This document shows, piece by piece, positions 32,885 through 46,071 of a stretch of 64,000 nt of DNA. The notes under the pieces are model-generated. The model saw nothing but the letters and a program-made list of their open reading frames with translations, was not told the DNA's origin and did no database searches. The position numbers were made by a program, and so were the translations under genes. The DNA is from Azolla caroliniana (lineage: Eukaryota; Plantae; Polypodiophyta): contig JBHGNT010000006.1 in assembly GCA_043228905.1 (NCBI GenBank), positions 17,360,001-17,424,000 of the forward strand, in the 5' to 3' direction. Each line of letters opens with the position of its first letter. Positions within the stretch are counted from its first letter, which is position 1.

Positions 32885-35092
32885 TGTCGAATACAAGTGT
32901 ATAATGGACGTATTCACACTATCCCTTTGTATAGCTCAAGTTTGGGCCATTTGTGTAATTAGCATAAATGGTAGTTGCCCTAAGTCGGTCACTATATAAA
33001 GTGACCTAGTAACCTTTTTGTAAGGTTGTTGTTGTATTATTGTTTCTATTGAATAGAAAGTCTTTTGTGCCTTCTCTCTCTCTCTCTCTCTGTGCACGAT
33101 CTTGGAAACTGCCATACGCAGGTACTCAAACTCGAATAGAATGCTTCTAGATCTTCCGCATTGATGGCCTCCTTTATCGACTAAAAGAGACGTCTGATTC
33201 GACCACCCCAAAGTACAAGGCCAGATTAGTTGCGAAGGGCTTCCGACAAGAATATGGCGTCGACTTCGACGAGATTTTTTCACCAGTGGTGAAAATGACA
33301 ACCCTTCGTTTTCTACTCGGCGTAGTGGCAGCCGACAACTTGGAGCTGATTCAGCTAGATGTCAAAACAGCCTTCCTCCATGGTGATCTTGAAGAGGAAA
33401 TTTATATGGAGCAACCAAAAGGCTTCGTGGCACCTGGCCAAGAACATCTAGTCTGCCGACTCAGGAAGAGTCTATATGGCCTCAAACAGGCACCGCGACA
33501 ATGGTACAAGAAGTTCGACGACTTCATCCAATCGATCGGCTTCTCAAAAAGCGATGAGGACCATTGTCTTTTTACCAACACAGCTCAAGATGGATCACCC
33601 ATCTTCCTCATCATCTACGTGGACGACATGCTAATTTCTGGACGCCACGCGGGCGAACTTGCCGATCTCATTCGGCAACTGCGGTTGAAGTTTGCCATGA
33701 AGGACCTCGGTCCGGCACGACACATCCTTGGCATGAAAATTAGTCGGCATCGCGATAAACGACATCTTTTTTTGTCTCAAACCGACTATATCGGACGTGT
33801 CTTGGAACGCTTCAACATGAAATCAGCCAAATCTGCTTCAACCCCGCTCCCCATGAATCTTCGGCTCTCTAAGCGAGACTGCCCGACATCCGGACCGGAG
33901 GGGGAAGATATGAAGTCGGTACCGTATGCACCGGCAGTCGGCTCCCTTATGTACCTGATGGTCGCGACACGGCCTGATATCTCTCATGCCGTAGGAGTCG
34001 TTAGCAGATTTATGCACAATCCTGGCCGATCGCATTGGAACGCAGTCAAGCATGTGTTCAAATATCTGGCTGGCACAAAAGACCACGGCATTCTTTTCGG
34101 TCCGAACCGAACCTCAGGCGTAGTCGGTTACACCGACTCGGACTTCGCCGGCTGTATAGACAGTCGGAAATCAACAACTGGATACTGCTTCAAATTCGGC
34201 AATGGAGCAATTTCGTGGAAGTCGAAACTTCAGGAGTGCACAGCGACCTCAACGACCGAAGCAGAATATGTAGCTGCGTCCGACGCTGCAAAAGAAGCTT
34301 TGTGGCTCGGCCGGCTGGCGCACACGTTTCGGCAAGTCGACCATGACTCGGCTCTAGTTGTCTATAGCGACAGTCAAGGTGCTGTTGCCTTGTCGAGAAA
34401 TCCGGTTCACCACAACGCCTCCAAACATATCGACGCTCGATATCACTTCGTTCGGGACTGCGTCATTTTAGGGAAAATCGGTCTAGAAAAAATATCCACA
34501 ACCGACAATGTCGCAGATGGAATGACCAAGTGTCTTTCGGCAGACCGCTTTCGGTCCCTTCGGCATCAGATGGGCGTAACGACAAACCAGTCCGGTTAGA
34601 GCCGGACACAGCACAGGATGGTTTCGGACAACCGACATCAGTTCCTTAATGATCGGCTTCAACTCTTCCGACCCGACCAGTTCGGTCTTCTGCCTTCGGA
34701 CCCTGCCGACTTGAACAAAAACTGATATGTCCGAGAACCTAGGTTTATACCTGTAATTTTAGATAACCCATGTATACGCCCATTACGGGGGAGTGTCGAA
34801 TACAAGTGTATAATGGACGTATTCACACTATCCCTTTGTATAGCTCAAGTTTGGGCCATTTGTGTAATTAGCATAAATGGTAGTTGCCCTAAGTCGGTCA
34901 CTATATAAAGTGACCTAGTAACCTTTTTGTAAGGTTGTTGTTGTATTATTGTTTCTATTGAATAGAAAGTCTTTTGTGCCTTCTCTCTCTCTCTCTCTCT
35001 CTGTGCACGATCTTGGAAACTGCCATACGCAGGTACTCAAACTCGAATCGAATGCTTCTAGATCTTCCGCATTGACGGCCTCCTTTACAACA
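32885..35092 (+). mobile_element. Internally deleted Ty1/Copia (5' LTR 32885-~33177, 3' LTR 34794-35092)
   Basis: Near-identical ~299-bp LTRs; PPT ACGGGGGAG; TSD CCAGG/CCACG; PBS, gag, PR and IN are absent. Confidence 0.93.
33286..34599 (+). CDS. Copia reverse transcriptase-RNase H, uninterrupted 437-aa frame
   Basis: QLDVKTAFLHG, LRKSLYGLKQAPRQW, YVDDM, YTDSDFAG, STTEAEYVA, KHIDARYHFVRD, ADGMTK. Confidence 0.9.
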   Translation: MVKMTTLRFLLGVVAADNLELIQLDVKTAFLHGDLEEEIYMEQPKGFVAPGQEHLVCRLRKSLYGLKQAPRQWYKKFDDFIQSIGFSKSDEDHCLFTNTAQDGSPIFLIIYVDDMLISGRHAGELADLIRQLRLKFAMKDLGPARHILGMKISRHRDKRHLFLSQTDYIGRVLERFNMKSAKSASTPLPMNLRLSKRDCPTSGPEGEDMKSVPYAPAVGSLMYLMVATRPDISHAVGVVSRFMHNPGRSHWNAVKHVFKYLAGTKDHGILFGPNRTSGVVGYTDSDFAGCIDSRKSTTGYCFKFGNGAISWKSKLQECTATSTTEAEYVAASDAAKEALWLGRLAHTFRQVDHDSALVVYSDSQGAVALSRNPVHHNASKHIDARYHFVRDCVILGKIGLEKISTTDNVADGMTKCLSADRFRSLRHQMGVTTNQSG

Positions 35093-35097
35093 CCACG

Positions 35098-38000
35098 ACT
35101 GTACGATAGAACCGAAACCGAAGGAACCCTGTACGATAGGTAGGAAATTTTGCTTCTCCAACAACGGAGGGTGTATGATAGTCGGCATCGTTGGCCGAGA
35201 AAAGACAAGGGCGGAAGTGCGACTTCGAGCGTGCGGAGTTCTCAGCCCGGACGAGGAAATCAGCGGAGCCGTGGAGGCGGTCTCCTTCGACGATATCTTG
35301 GGGATGCTGAGGAAGGTAGCCGGAGAAGACCTTAACGAAGATCGGACGATACCGGTATGTTCCGAAGAGATGTACGAAGTCATCGCGAACTTCAGCCAGG
35401 GGCTCCGGTCAGATCGGACGGCCCGAGTTAGCACGAAGTACAAGACTGTGGACCGGAAGGTAAGGCCAGTCGCGGCACCCTTACCAGAGGGCAGCGAGTC
35501 CCGAATCAGAGGTGTTGCGTCGGACCCCAGTTTACGAGATCCGGCCTGCATAGGACACACCTTCACCGACGGGACGCTCCAGGAGCTCAAAATCGGTGGG
35601 GGCGGGTTCCTACTACAGGCGGAGGAAGACCGGTTTCGGAGAATGCTCGGAAGGCACGGGAAAGCCTTCGCATTCTCACTGGAAGAGATCGGGTGCGTAG
35701 ACCCGACAATCGTGGAGCCGATGGTGATATTCACGGTACCGCATGTGCCATGGAATCTCAAGCCGATTCCGGTACCAAGAGCTCACATCCCGGAGTTGAT
35801 GGAGCTATTGAGGCAGAAAGTCGACATGGGCATTCTCGAACCGTCGAGTGCCCCATACTTGAACCGATGGTTTACCGTACCGAACAAAAACGGAACATTG
35901 CGCTTCATTCAAGACCTGCAGCCGGTCAATAGAGTGACCATTCGGAACGCAAGGATCGGACCGACCATAGACGAGTTTGCGAAGGCCTTCGCCGGAAGGT
36001 CCATTTATTTGGTCGGTGATCTGTACTCGGGGTACGACCAGTTCCAGCTAGCCGTGGAGAGCAGAGACATTACGACGATGCGAACTCCCCTCGGCCTAGT
36101 GCGAATGTGTACCCTGCCACGAGGAGGGACCAACTCGGTGGCCCACATGGTGAATGCAATGAACAAGGTACTGAGGGATTGCATCCCGGACATCACCATG
36201 CCATTTCTGGACGACATCCCGATAAAGGGGTGCCCGGTGGAAGAGAAGGACGAGGCAGTCGGGCCGGACGGATGCCGGCGATTCGTGGCAACACACATCG
36301 ACGACTGCGAGAAGGTGCTACAAAGGCTAGAGGATGCAAGGCTCACCTTCTCCGGGGAGAAATCGGCCTTCGGGCAATCAGAAATCCTGGTGGTCGGACA
36401 CCTATGTGGACCATATGGTCGGAAGCCGTCTCCGGCAAAGGTAGAAGCCATCTCCGCGATGAAGACCGACTGTAGCTCGGTTACGGAAGTTCGGAGGTTC
36501 CTGGGGGCATGCGCATTCTACCACATATGGATCCCGCATTACGCCCACGTTGTGGAGCCGCTATACGGGTTGCTGAAGAAAGGGCGAAAATTCGAGTGGT
36601 GAGACGAGCACAGGAGTCGGTCCGGAAGCTGAAGGAAGCTCTTGCGGCAGCACCGGCGCTCCGGAAGGCTATCTACGAGAAGGGTACCCCGGTATACATA
36701 ACGGTGGATACGAGTCCGACCGGGATCGGATGGCTCGTCAACCAAGAAGACGAGGACGGCACCCGGTTCCCGATCCGATTCGGCGCAAAGGTCCTCAGTG
36801 AGCGACAGCGAGGGTACGCCCAGGTTAAACGCGAACTCTGGGGTATCGTTTCGGCAGTAAAGGCCAACAAAGACTACCTGATCGGGACAGAAGTGATTAT
36901 CGAGACGGATTGCCTGCCAATTCTCGGCATGGTTTCCGGATTCGCGACACCGGACCTGGCGATGCTCAGGTGGATAGCGTACATCAAGTCCCTGGACCCG
37001 GAAATACGGTACATTTCCGGAAAGGACAACGCCATGGCCGACATGCTTTCGAGGGCAAGGTTTGATGACAAGGGCGGCATGGTTTCGGAGGACGAAGAAG
37101 TCGGCGTGGACTTCTTCGAGGCGGCGTACGTGACGACCGATGGGACGAGCAGTCCGGCACTTAACAACTTCGACGAGAGCCAGTACGACAGCGAGTGGCT
37201 CCAGATCGGTGGATTTTTTAGGACAATGACGCCGGATGCGTCATGGACGAAGGACAAGGCCAACCAAATCTGGAAGAAAGCTTACCGATTCTTTCTCCGG
37301 GACAGATACTTATGGAAGCACCCGAAGAAGAGGAACGGCGTCCTGCTCCGGGTGGTGGCGTCCTGCTCCGGCTTACCACGACAGCCCTTGGACTGGTCAC
37401 CGTGGAACGTGGGCCACGTTCGAGAAGATAAAGGGGAAGTACCGGTGGCCGAGACTGTACCGGGACGTGCATCGGTTCGTGACAACTTGCGAGAGCTGTC
37501 AGATGCACTCCGTAGTCCGACATCGGGACGAGCTTCACCCTACGTACCCTCCGACCATCCACTTCAAATGGATGGTAGACCTGGTGACGATGCCGATGGG
37601 AGTAGGACAGATGCGGTATCTGGTCCTGGCTTGGGAAGATCTGACGAACCAGGTAGAAGGCCGAGCCCTTCAGAACAAAACGACCGCGGCCTTATGTCGG
37701 TTCCTGATTGAGGACGTGATATGCCGGTACGGGTGCGTCGGGAAGATCGTGGCTGATCGCGGGGAGTTGGACGCCGAAGAGGCCAAGGAGCTGTTCGACC
37801 GGCTAGGAGTCAAGCTCTCGCTTACCACTGCGTACAACCCGGAGGTGAATGGGAAGGTGGAGCACGGACACGGACCGATCGTCAAGGCGTTAGTTCGGGC
37901 ATGCGGGGGGTAAGTCGGGAACTGGCCGTGGCTGTTGCCTTACGCGTTGTGGGCTGACTGAACTACGCACAGTTCGGTAACCGGATTCATGCCGGCAGAG

Positions 38001-38462
38001 CTCATGTTTGGGCAGAAGCCAGTCATGCCGATGGAATGTACGATCTCCTCGTGGGCAACCGTGGACTGGCAAGACGAGATGAGCCGGGAGGAACTGCTGG
38101 CGGAAAAGCTTCGGGAAGCAAGGATGAGGAACAAAGCCCAGTTCGACCGAACGCACCGGCTCCGACCAAAGAAGATCGAGGAAGGTGACTGGGTGCTAGT
38201 CTACGACAGCAGCCTCGACAACCAGCCCCGAGCGACACGGAAGTTCGCAAGAAGGTGGTTCGGGCCTTACGTGGTACAAAGCGCCAACGACAACGGGACG
38301 TACCATCTGGCAGAACTCGACGGCACGAGAATGGCGATACCGGTAGCTGGGAAGCGGATCAAAGCGTTCAAGAAGCGTCACGACGACGAGCCGGATCCGG
38401 ATAACCTGGACCGGGACGACGAACGATCCGAAACCGTGGAAGAACCGACGGGCGGGGAATGA
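35098..38462 (+). pseudogene. RT-RNase H-integrase of copy A
   Basis: ORFs 35175-36602, 36509-37711, 37236-37913 and 37989-38462: PHVPWNLKPIPVP, DLYSGYDQ, FLDD, GHRGTWAT, CESCQ, AYNPEVNGKVE, WFGPYVV. Confidence 0.92.
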
Positions 38463-41400
38463 AGGCTGGACCGGTTTTCTCCATCCCAACTCAATTTGGC
38501 GCATGCCGGTGGATGCGCGGTTAGGTGGGGGCGGATGTCGTGAAGAAAACCGTCCACAAGCGGAATCGGTGCGCCGGAGCATAGGAACCGGCTCTTCATA
38601 CACATACACCTTGTGTTGTACATAGGAGAGAATTAGGGACATGGGAGATCCTAGGTAGGTAGATTCGGTAGGTAGGAAGTTAATAGGAAACGGCTCCCTT
38701 CTTGCCTATAAAAGGAGGGAGACGAGGAGGAGGAGGGGATCGCGAAGTAAGAGAGGACGAAGTGCTGTCGGATTGTGGGCCGAAGGCTTCTCTCTCTTCC
38801 AAACTCCATAGCTTCTTTCTGCGCAGGTTTCGGGAGGCTCGCGCTGCTATGAGGAATGCCCGAGTGCTTCCGGCAGCACCTCCAACCTACTCCTTTCTTT
38901 CTGTGCGTTTACGAACAGGCATCGGCATCTGTTCGCCGGCCTGTTCGGTTGTAACCGACTTCGTGTTCTTGTTGTTTGTCTTTGTTAATACATACATACA
39001 TTCGTGTCTATCTGTGTCGTTGTCCCACTCGCGTCTTTGTGTCGAAGGGCCGTGTCCCTGTGAATCTACGCTCGCATGTAGTGGGTTCCCTTCTCCTTTC
39101 TCTCTTGCTCTTCGGTACAAGACCCCCGAGGTCCCGCCTCATTCCACGCATCCGCGAGGAATACCTCGACAACAGATCACTTAGATCCCAAGGAAGTAAT
39201 GAAGGTCCCCCAGATCCTTCATGTCGAACGATGCCACAAGCTAGAGCTTCACACGGTCGATTTCACGTAGGTCGGCGCCGGTGATGACCAAGTCATCAAC
39301 ATATAGTAAAATACTAACCAGTCCGAGTCGACGTTTCCGGATGAACAGGGAAGAGTCCGATTTTGACGTGACGAAGCCCATCCGACGCAGTTGTTGCGTG
39401 ATCTTCGCGTGCCAGGCACGTGGGGCTTGCTTTAGTCCGTAAAGGGACTTCTTCAGTCGGCATACTGCCGAGGAGTTCATTCCGGAGTGAAATCCAGGGG
39501 GCTGTACCATGTATACTTGTTCCTCAAGGTCACCTTGCAGGAACGCATTCTTTACATCCATTTGATGTAGGTGCCACCCCTTGGCCACGGCTACTGCGAG
39601 CAAAACATGGACGGTCGTCATTTTCGTGACCGGCGCAAATGTCTCATCGTAGTCGATGCCGTGTTTCTGCGCGTAGCCCTTTGCCACTACCCAAGCCTTG
39701 TACCGGTTGACCGAGCCATCGGTGTTGTACTTGACCTTGTACACCCACCTACACCCGATCGGTTTTACCCCTCTTGGTGCGTCAACCAGGTCCCAGGTCT
39801 CGTTCTCCGCCAATGCGTGCATCTCTTCCTCCATCGCGGCGCGCCAATTCGCGTCCTTCGCCGCTTCTGCGTAGCTCTCCGGCTCACGCACTTCCGCTAC
39901 ACGGGTCATGTACGCATAATGATGCGCCATGTACTCGTTGTATCCGAACCGCAAAACAAGATTCTTCTGGTGGGTAGATCGGCGTAATCTCATGTTAGCC
40001 GATGTCGAGGCCTTCTCGGTCGATGTGGTCCTCACCTTTAAAGACCCGTCACCGGTTCCCTCGGAGTCGGACTCGCGTCTGTCTGACTCGTTCCTATCCG
40101 TGCCGGAATCCGACACCTTCTTCTTCCCTTTCTCTTTGCGCGTAAGCCGTCTCCTCGGCTTCCTGCGCGGGGAATGCACGGCCGAGTCTCCACTACTCGC
40201 CGGTTCTTCATCAGACTAGTCGTACCGACTCAGTCGTCCAATCGGTCCACTTAAACGGAGTGAAATCGAACTCTCTTCGCGGGTCTCGATTTCGGGCTTA
40301 TCCGGAGGCATCTCGGCCTCGCTGACCTCATCGTCAGAGCTCGGATTGGAGTCGGGGTTCGGAGTCGGGGGCTAGTACCAGGACGCGGACTCGTCAAACA
40401 CAACGTCGCGGCTGACACGTGCTTGTTTGGTGCGAGGGTTATAGCACTTATAACCCTTCTGCTCGTCTGAGTAACCGACCAAGATGCATTTCTCGGCCTT
40501 TGCGTCCAGCTTCTCCTTTTCTCCTTCGGTACATGCACATACGCAATGCTACCGAACACCCTCAAGTGTCGCAAGTTCAGCTTCGTTCCGAAATACAGCT
40601 CGTGCGCCGACACTTTGTCTCCGATCCGGTTCTGGATGTATACCGCGGTCCTTACCGCCTCGGCCCAGTAGAACTTGGGCAAGCTCTTCTCTAGCATTGC
40701 CCGTGCCGCTTCCAGAACTGACCGATTCTTCCTCTCGGCCCCGCCGTTTTGCTCCGGCGTGTATCTACAACTAAATTCGCGCCAAATTCCCATTTGTTGT
40801 AGATAACCGTTGAATTGACCGGAGAAGTACTCTTTCCTGCCATCCGACCGCAGGCACTTGATCTTTCGTCCCGTTTCCGTTTCCACGAACCCTTTGAGGT
40901 CCCGAAAACAGTCGAAGACTTCGCTCTTCCTCTCAATGAGGTAGATCCATGTGTGCCGCGTGTGGTCGTCGATGAAGGAGACGAAATATCGGCTCCCGCC
41001 AAGACTAACGTTTTGTGCCGACCCCCATACATCGGAGTGTATAAGGTCGAGCTTATTCCGGCTCCAGTTTTGCTCGTTGGGGAAAGGAAGTCAGTGTTGC
41101 TTCCAGAGCTAGCAGGCTTCACAAATTTGTGCCTTTCGGCCACTAAATTTGGGCAATCCGAACACTACCTGTTTCGACTGCAGATCTTGAAGCCGCTGGT
41201 AGTTGACGTGGCTTATCCGCTTGTGCCACAAGTCGATGTCCGACTCGGATTTTTGTCCCTTTGCGAACATTGCGGTGCTGCCGTCAGTGGATTCGAGAAT
41301 GAACATCCTCCCATCTCTGCGCCCTTGCGCAATCACACGGCCTTCTTCCTCAATGAAGCACCTGAGGTGTGTAAACCGAACCTCCATCCCTTGGTCGACG

Positions 41401-42136
41401 ATCTGTCTGACCGAGACCAAGTTTTTCGTGATTGTCGGAACGTGCATCACAGTCATGAGTATCCCTTTTTGCCCGACATGGCTAAGGGGAACTTCTCCGA
41501 CATTCGCGATCGGATGCGAAGTGTCGTCTCCTGTTGCGACTACTCTAGGTTGTATCGGTTTTTTAAGGTACGAGAACCACTCCTTATGGCTCGTCATGTG
41601 GTTTGACGCGCCGGAGTCTACGTACCACACCTCGTCCGATCTCGGGGTGGTCTGTTTCATTGAGTTTGCTTCGTGTCTCGTCACGAAGGCAGACCCTTCT
41701 CCGGCTCTCCCGGAGTCTTCGGCGTAGTGCGATCGCTGCCGATTTCCCTTGTCGGTATGTCCGGAGCCGTTTCTGGAACCGGTTCTCTCCGAATCGGCGC
41801 GCTTCTTCCAGCACTCACTTTCCCTGTGGCCTTTCTTGCCACAGTACCAGCACTCCACGATGGCCTTCCCTTGCCGGTTCTCATCGCTTCGACTCCCCCT
41901 GTTTCCGGAGGGTCCGGAGTTGCTGTCGGCATCACTTCGGTGCCTTCTTCCTTGATCTCGTCAGCCGCTTCCATTGCGTACCGACTCGCCTCGTCCGCCA
42001 CAACCACGGGGCCTATCTCCCTCCGTGTACAACATCTTGCTGTCAGTGTGCGTGCACGTCGACGCACCCGCGTGGTTCTCCTCTACCAGGAGCATGGACT
42101 ATAAGTCTAAAAAGGACGACGTATTCTCCCGGGTAG

Positions 42137-43250
42137 TGTTACCCATTCCTTTGGGTGAACACGTTCGATAGATCTGCGTCTATCGGTCTTCAAGGGCGTG
42201 GTACGTGAAGGCTCCTACAGAGGCGTCGAGAGAGATACAGGGCTCAGAGAGAAAACACTAGCGAGGTTTTGATAGATGTGGCGGTGTGAAACTCATAGGT
42301 ATAGATCGAAACACAGACTCATGTAGCAAAATAGGCACAATTAAGATATATTACTATGGCAAAAAAGGATTACAGAACATGGCCTATGGCCGGTGACGTT
42401 ACGAGTTTATCTAATACGAATGACTAAGCTAGTGCTTCCGCCTATAATTTTCTTCTCTCTCTTTTTATGAGGTACTGCTCCTCGTTTAAATAACTTTTCC
42501 CCTAACACACATCCGAGCCATCGGTGGCCTGTGATACTCGGACTCGGCGTTTGCTAATTTCCTAATTTTACATTTCTGTCCTCTGGACAACACTTGGCAC
42601 GCCCGTGGGACAGGACCTTGTCCGTCGAACCCACGACTTACAAAATACTACAATATTACAAAAATTGCCTTTTAGGCGTGATCCTCGTTTCATTCCTCCT
42701 TTAAGATGTCGAGGATGCTTTCGGGGTCCGGGGTGGTGGCAGGGTGGTCTGGTTGGACTGCCGGTGCGGGGGGTTGAGTTTGGTCCGGGGGTGGCATATC
42801 TTCTCGAGCGTCCGCCTTGGGTGCAGCCGATTCTTCTGGTGGGGGTGTGGGTTCATGGGCACTGGCCTCTCCTTCGACAGACTCTGGTACCGTGGGGATG
42901 TCCATGGGATGTCTGTTGGCCGGGAAAAGTTCCTCCTATGCCGTGTCCGTGATCTCCTTGCTAGGAGGTTCTTCTTTCTACTCTGTGGCTGTTGGAGGGC
43001 TGGTCGGGATGGCTGCGAGTCGTTCTCATTCGAAGGCTTCTGCTTCCAGGCAAAACATCATCTGACAGTCATTGAAGTCCTCCATTATTTGCTCGATTGC
43101 CGCGGTGTGAGATTTTGCCAGGGACTGGTAATCCACGGTTAAATCTGCACGCAAGTTTTGAATGCTGGCTTCGTCCATTTTGTAGAAGCCGCAGCCCTCC
43201 TTCCGTCGGTTCTCGGCGTCGGCGCATAAAATATGCAATTCGGCAGCTTA
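42137..43250 (-). mobile_element. 3' LTR (42137-42592) and extra-ORF C-terminus of a second copy of the Athila-like family, joined by deletion to Copia sequence
   Basis: Collinear with 10588-11700, including TGGCACGCCCGTGGGAC at 42595. Confidence 0.92.
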
Positions 43251-43259
43251 GGCAGCTTA

Positions 43260-45255
43260 GCCGGGTCGTTCCAACTCTCGAAGTTCTCGGAACCATTCTT
43301 GATGCGACGTCATATGGTTCGAGGCACCGGAATCGACGAACCATATGTGTTCCGGACCGGAGGCATTAGTAGAAGTAGAGGGAAACATAGAATTCGCTCT
43401 ATGTCTCATCACGAACATTCCGCCGCAATCGTCATAGTCGGAGTTGATGGCATAGTTGGTGAGTTGTCGGCTGGTGGAAGCCGACTCGCGTATCTTCTTA
43501 CGACATTCTTCTTCGTGGTGGCCGACTTTCCCGCAATATCCGCATTCGATTGAGGTTTGTCGGCTCGGACCGGAACGGGGGCTCCCCCTTCTTCAGAAGG
43601 TTCCCCGATGACTTCCATCTTGTTGCGGTAATTGAGAGTCGTTTTTGTAAATTGGTCCGCCTCGTCCTTGGCCAAATCGGCCTCTTCTTGCACGGCCGCG
43701 TCCTCTTGCTCCATCCGAATGCGTGTAGAGCATTTGGCCATTCGAGGTGCCACTCCTTGTTCGAACATGGTTTTCTTCGACCAACAACATGGATTGGAGA
43801 TCGAAGAAGGAGGGCGGATTCTCCCGGGCTAGTACAGCAGTCCGCATTACGCCGAATCTTGGTGCGAGGCCACCGAGGCATATTTGCACCATCTCGTCAT
43901 CCTCCACGTTTACGCTTCTCGAGCCGAGCGAATCACAAAGCTCCTTGATCTTCAAGGTGTAGCCCGTGACGGAGATATCCCTTTGTTGGATATTATTCAA
44001 CTCTTGGCGGAGTTGAAGCTTTCTCGCGGTAGTGTTGGCGGCGAAAATATTTCGTAGATTCTCCCACGCTTGCTTCGGCGTCTTGCCTTCTCGAATGTAC
44101 CCGAGCATGTGGTCGTGAACACATGTCGCCAAGCAATACATCATTGGGCTTGCCGCTTGCTCCCACGTTGCATAGTCGGCATCTTCCGGGTTGGGCCGAT
44201 TTTCTTATGCTCCTCTGATGTAGCTCCAATAGCCTTGTCCGGCAAGGTATTGGTGCATCTTGTACTCCCAAGATGCAAAGTTGTTGTGATCTAACTTCTC
44301 GCTAGGGAGACCGCTCCCCATTTGAGTATTCATTGTCCATGTAGATTTCTTCCTTCTTTTCTTTTCCTTCTCTCTCGAACAAGAGCTATGTAGTCGCACT
44401 ACGATAGCGATGAGCCGGTTCTTCTTGAATGTCGGCGTAGAGCACAACACACGATCACGATGAGGCGAGCTACCAAATCAGTCTGATACGATGTAAAGAA
44501 TCAATGGTGATTCTTGTGTAGCGGAAGAGATGTGTGTTATGTGTATGTGTGAGAGGAAAGAGAAGAGGAGAGAAACACAAGATAGATAAGAGACAAATTG
44601 AAGTACTCGAGAAGAAGGAGATGTATATTAACAAGGAGAATATGATAAATGAAAAATGTAGCATTACAAGGAGTCACAACCGACTTAATATGGAGTAGGA
44701 GGAGGGTGCTTTATATAGAGTCACCCTCTCTCTTCATTTACTCACTACAACGTTCACTCTCTCACTAGAGCCTTGAGGAATGTGAAGTCTTACGGTCATG
44801 GGGAATGTGGAACCATTAGTTAGGTGTCATAGAATATGAATCTATGAGACATAGTTTAATGTGTAGAGAGTGGTGGTGTGACTCTTGACCTTAGAGTAAT
44901 CATAGATTCTCAAAAGGTGTGTTCAAACGAGCTTGATTCTCAACAAGTAGAAACTCAATTCAAAATAATAACACTTTGTACATACAATGTGCTCTGTGAG
45001 TACTTTTATACAAGACTCCTTAAAAGGACTCACCGAAGTACTGACAAGTACTTCAATGCTCATACGAGCGACTAACACTGACTCCTAAAAATATGCCTAC
45101 ATACTAAGCTAGATTTGCAGGCCTCTAACGGCCTACCAGTTACAATCCGATCCGGCTCTTGGTTCCGGACACCGATCCGATTCTTGATTCCGGACTCTGA
45201 TCCGGCTCTAGCTTGTTCAGCCGATCCGGATCCGGTTGAGCTTGTCCGCTCAACA
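43260..45255 (-). mobile_element. Ty1/Copia 5' fragment, copy 2 (PR start, gag, degenerate PBS, 5' LTR ~44492-45255)
   Basis: Paralogue of 833-2659; retains WFVDSGASNHMT and the 28 aa deleted in copy 1. Confidence 0.87.
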
Positions 45256-46071
45256 CGCCCAAAACAGAAGACCACACCTTCATTAACAAAACAGTCAATC
45301 CGTTACAACCATGCTCTGTGAGCATGTTATATACAAAGCCCTAGATCCCTCTCATAAAGGTTATGGGCTGACAGAAGTACATTCGGCTCATTCATGAGCA
45401 CTAAAAACTAGCTGAGTTAAATTCTATATGTAAGAACATTGGCAGACCTAGTTGAGTTTGGTATCGCAACAAGAATATCAAAGACATGTACATGTATAAG
45501 TACATGTATACGTACGTGTACGCATATGAATGTATGTCAAGATTATGATGGAATCGAGAACATGGTTTTAACGGTTTTTAAATTAAATTTTTTCTTTTAA
45601 AACAATCTTTTCATTTTCAAGCCATATTGTCACATTTTAAGAAAATCTTTAAAATTTTGAAAAATTAAGATTTAAAAAAAAAATGAAAGTTTTTAATTTT
45701 GTAAAATTTGAATTTTGACCAAAGTTGAAAAAACAGAAACCGAATCATGAAATTGCGGTTTTAACGATTAAATGGTTTGACGGTTTGAATATTTTTAAAC
45801 GGTTCGGTCTTGAGACTCTCGAACCAAACCAAACCAAACCGTTGCCGATTGTTAGAGGCCATACTACTCCGAGTAGAAGGTAAAGTTAAAATAAAGCGAA
45901 GCTTTCCAATGTGTGGTGTATTATACAAGGAATACATGGGATAGTGGTTACACATTTTTCGGATGGTCCCCGAAGACTCATCGGCATCCGTATGTGTATA
46001 GAATAAATGGGGGGTGATCCGGACAAAAGATGGCTTGTCCGGACAAATAATGAGGCGGGCATTCGGACATT

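Larger units (their letters stand above)
28734..39171 (+). mobile_element. Full-length Trp-primed Ty3/Gypsy (copy A); 636-bp LTRs at 28734-29369 and 38536-39171; two nested insertions
   Basis: LTRs differ at ~9 positions; PBS 29374-29391; PPT AGGTGGGGGCGGA; 4-bp TSD ACGG/ACAG; gag, CMWCDEVGHIRKDC knuckle, PR LVDHGSEINLM, RT FLDD, RH VDTSPTGIG, IN. Confidence 0.96.
27050..42136 (-). mobile_element. Ty1/Copia element (3' LTR to 27380, RT end/RNase H 27570-28733; RT, IN, PR and gag end 39172-42136) split by a nested Gypsy and cut at 42136
   Basis: PPT GAGGGGGAG-TG at 27381; TRPDLSYPVG, SKKQPTVALSSTEAEY, ADIFTKPL; HQMDVKNAFL, LKKSLYGLKQAPRAW, YVDDL; WYVDSGASNHMT; CWYCGKKGHRESEC. Left LTR boundary is approximate. 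Confidence 0.92.

Noticed and set aside
32927-32945. A-box-like TAGCTCAAGTTTGG in the small Copia LTR
   Set aside because: No B box at the appropriate distance.
43242-43260. 9-bp duplication GGCAGCTTA as a TSD or filler
   Set aside because: The paralogous sequence at ~11692 (GGCAGCTTGGGCTGC) explains most of it by point mutation; it is a simple deletion junction.
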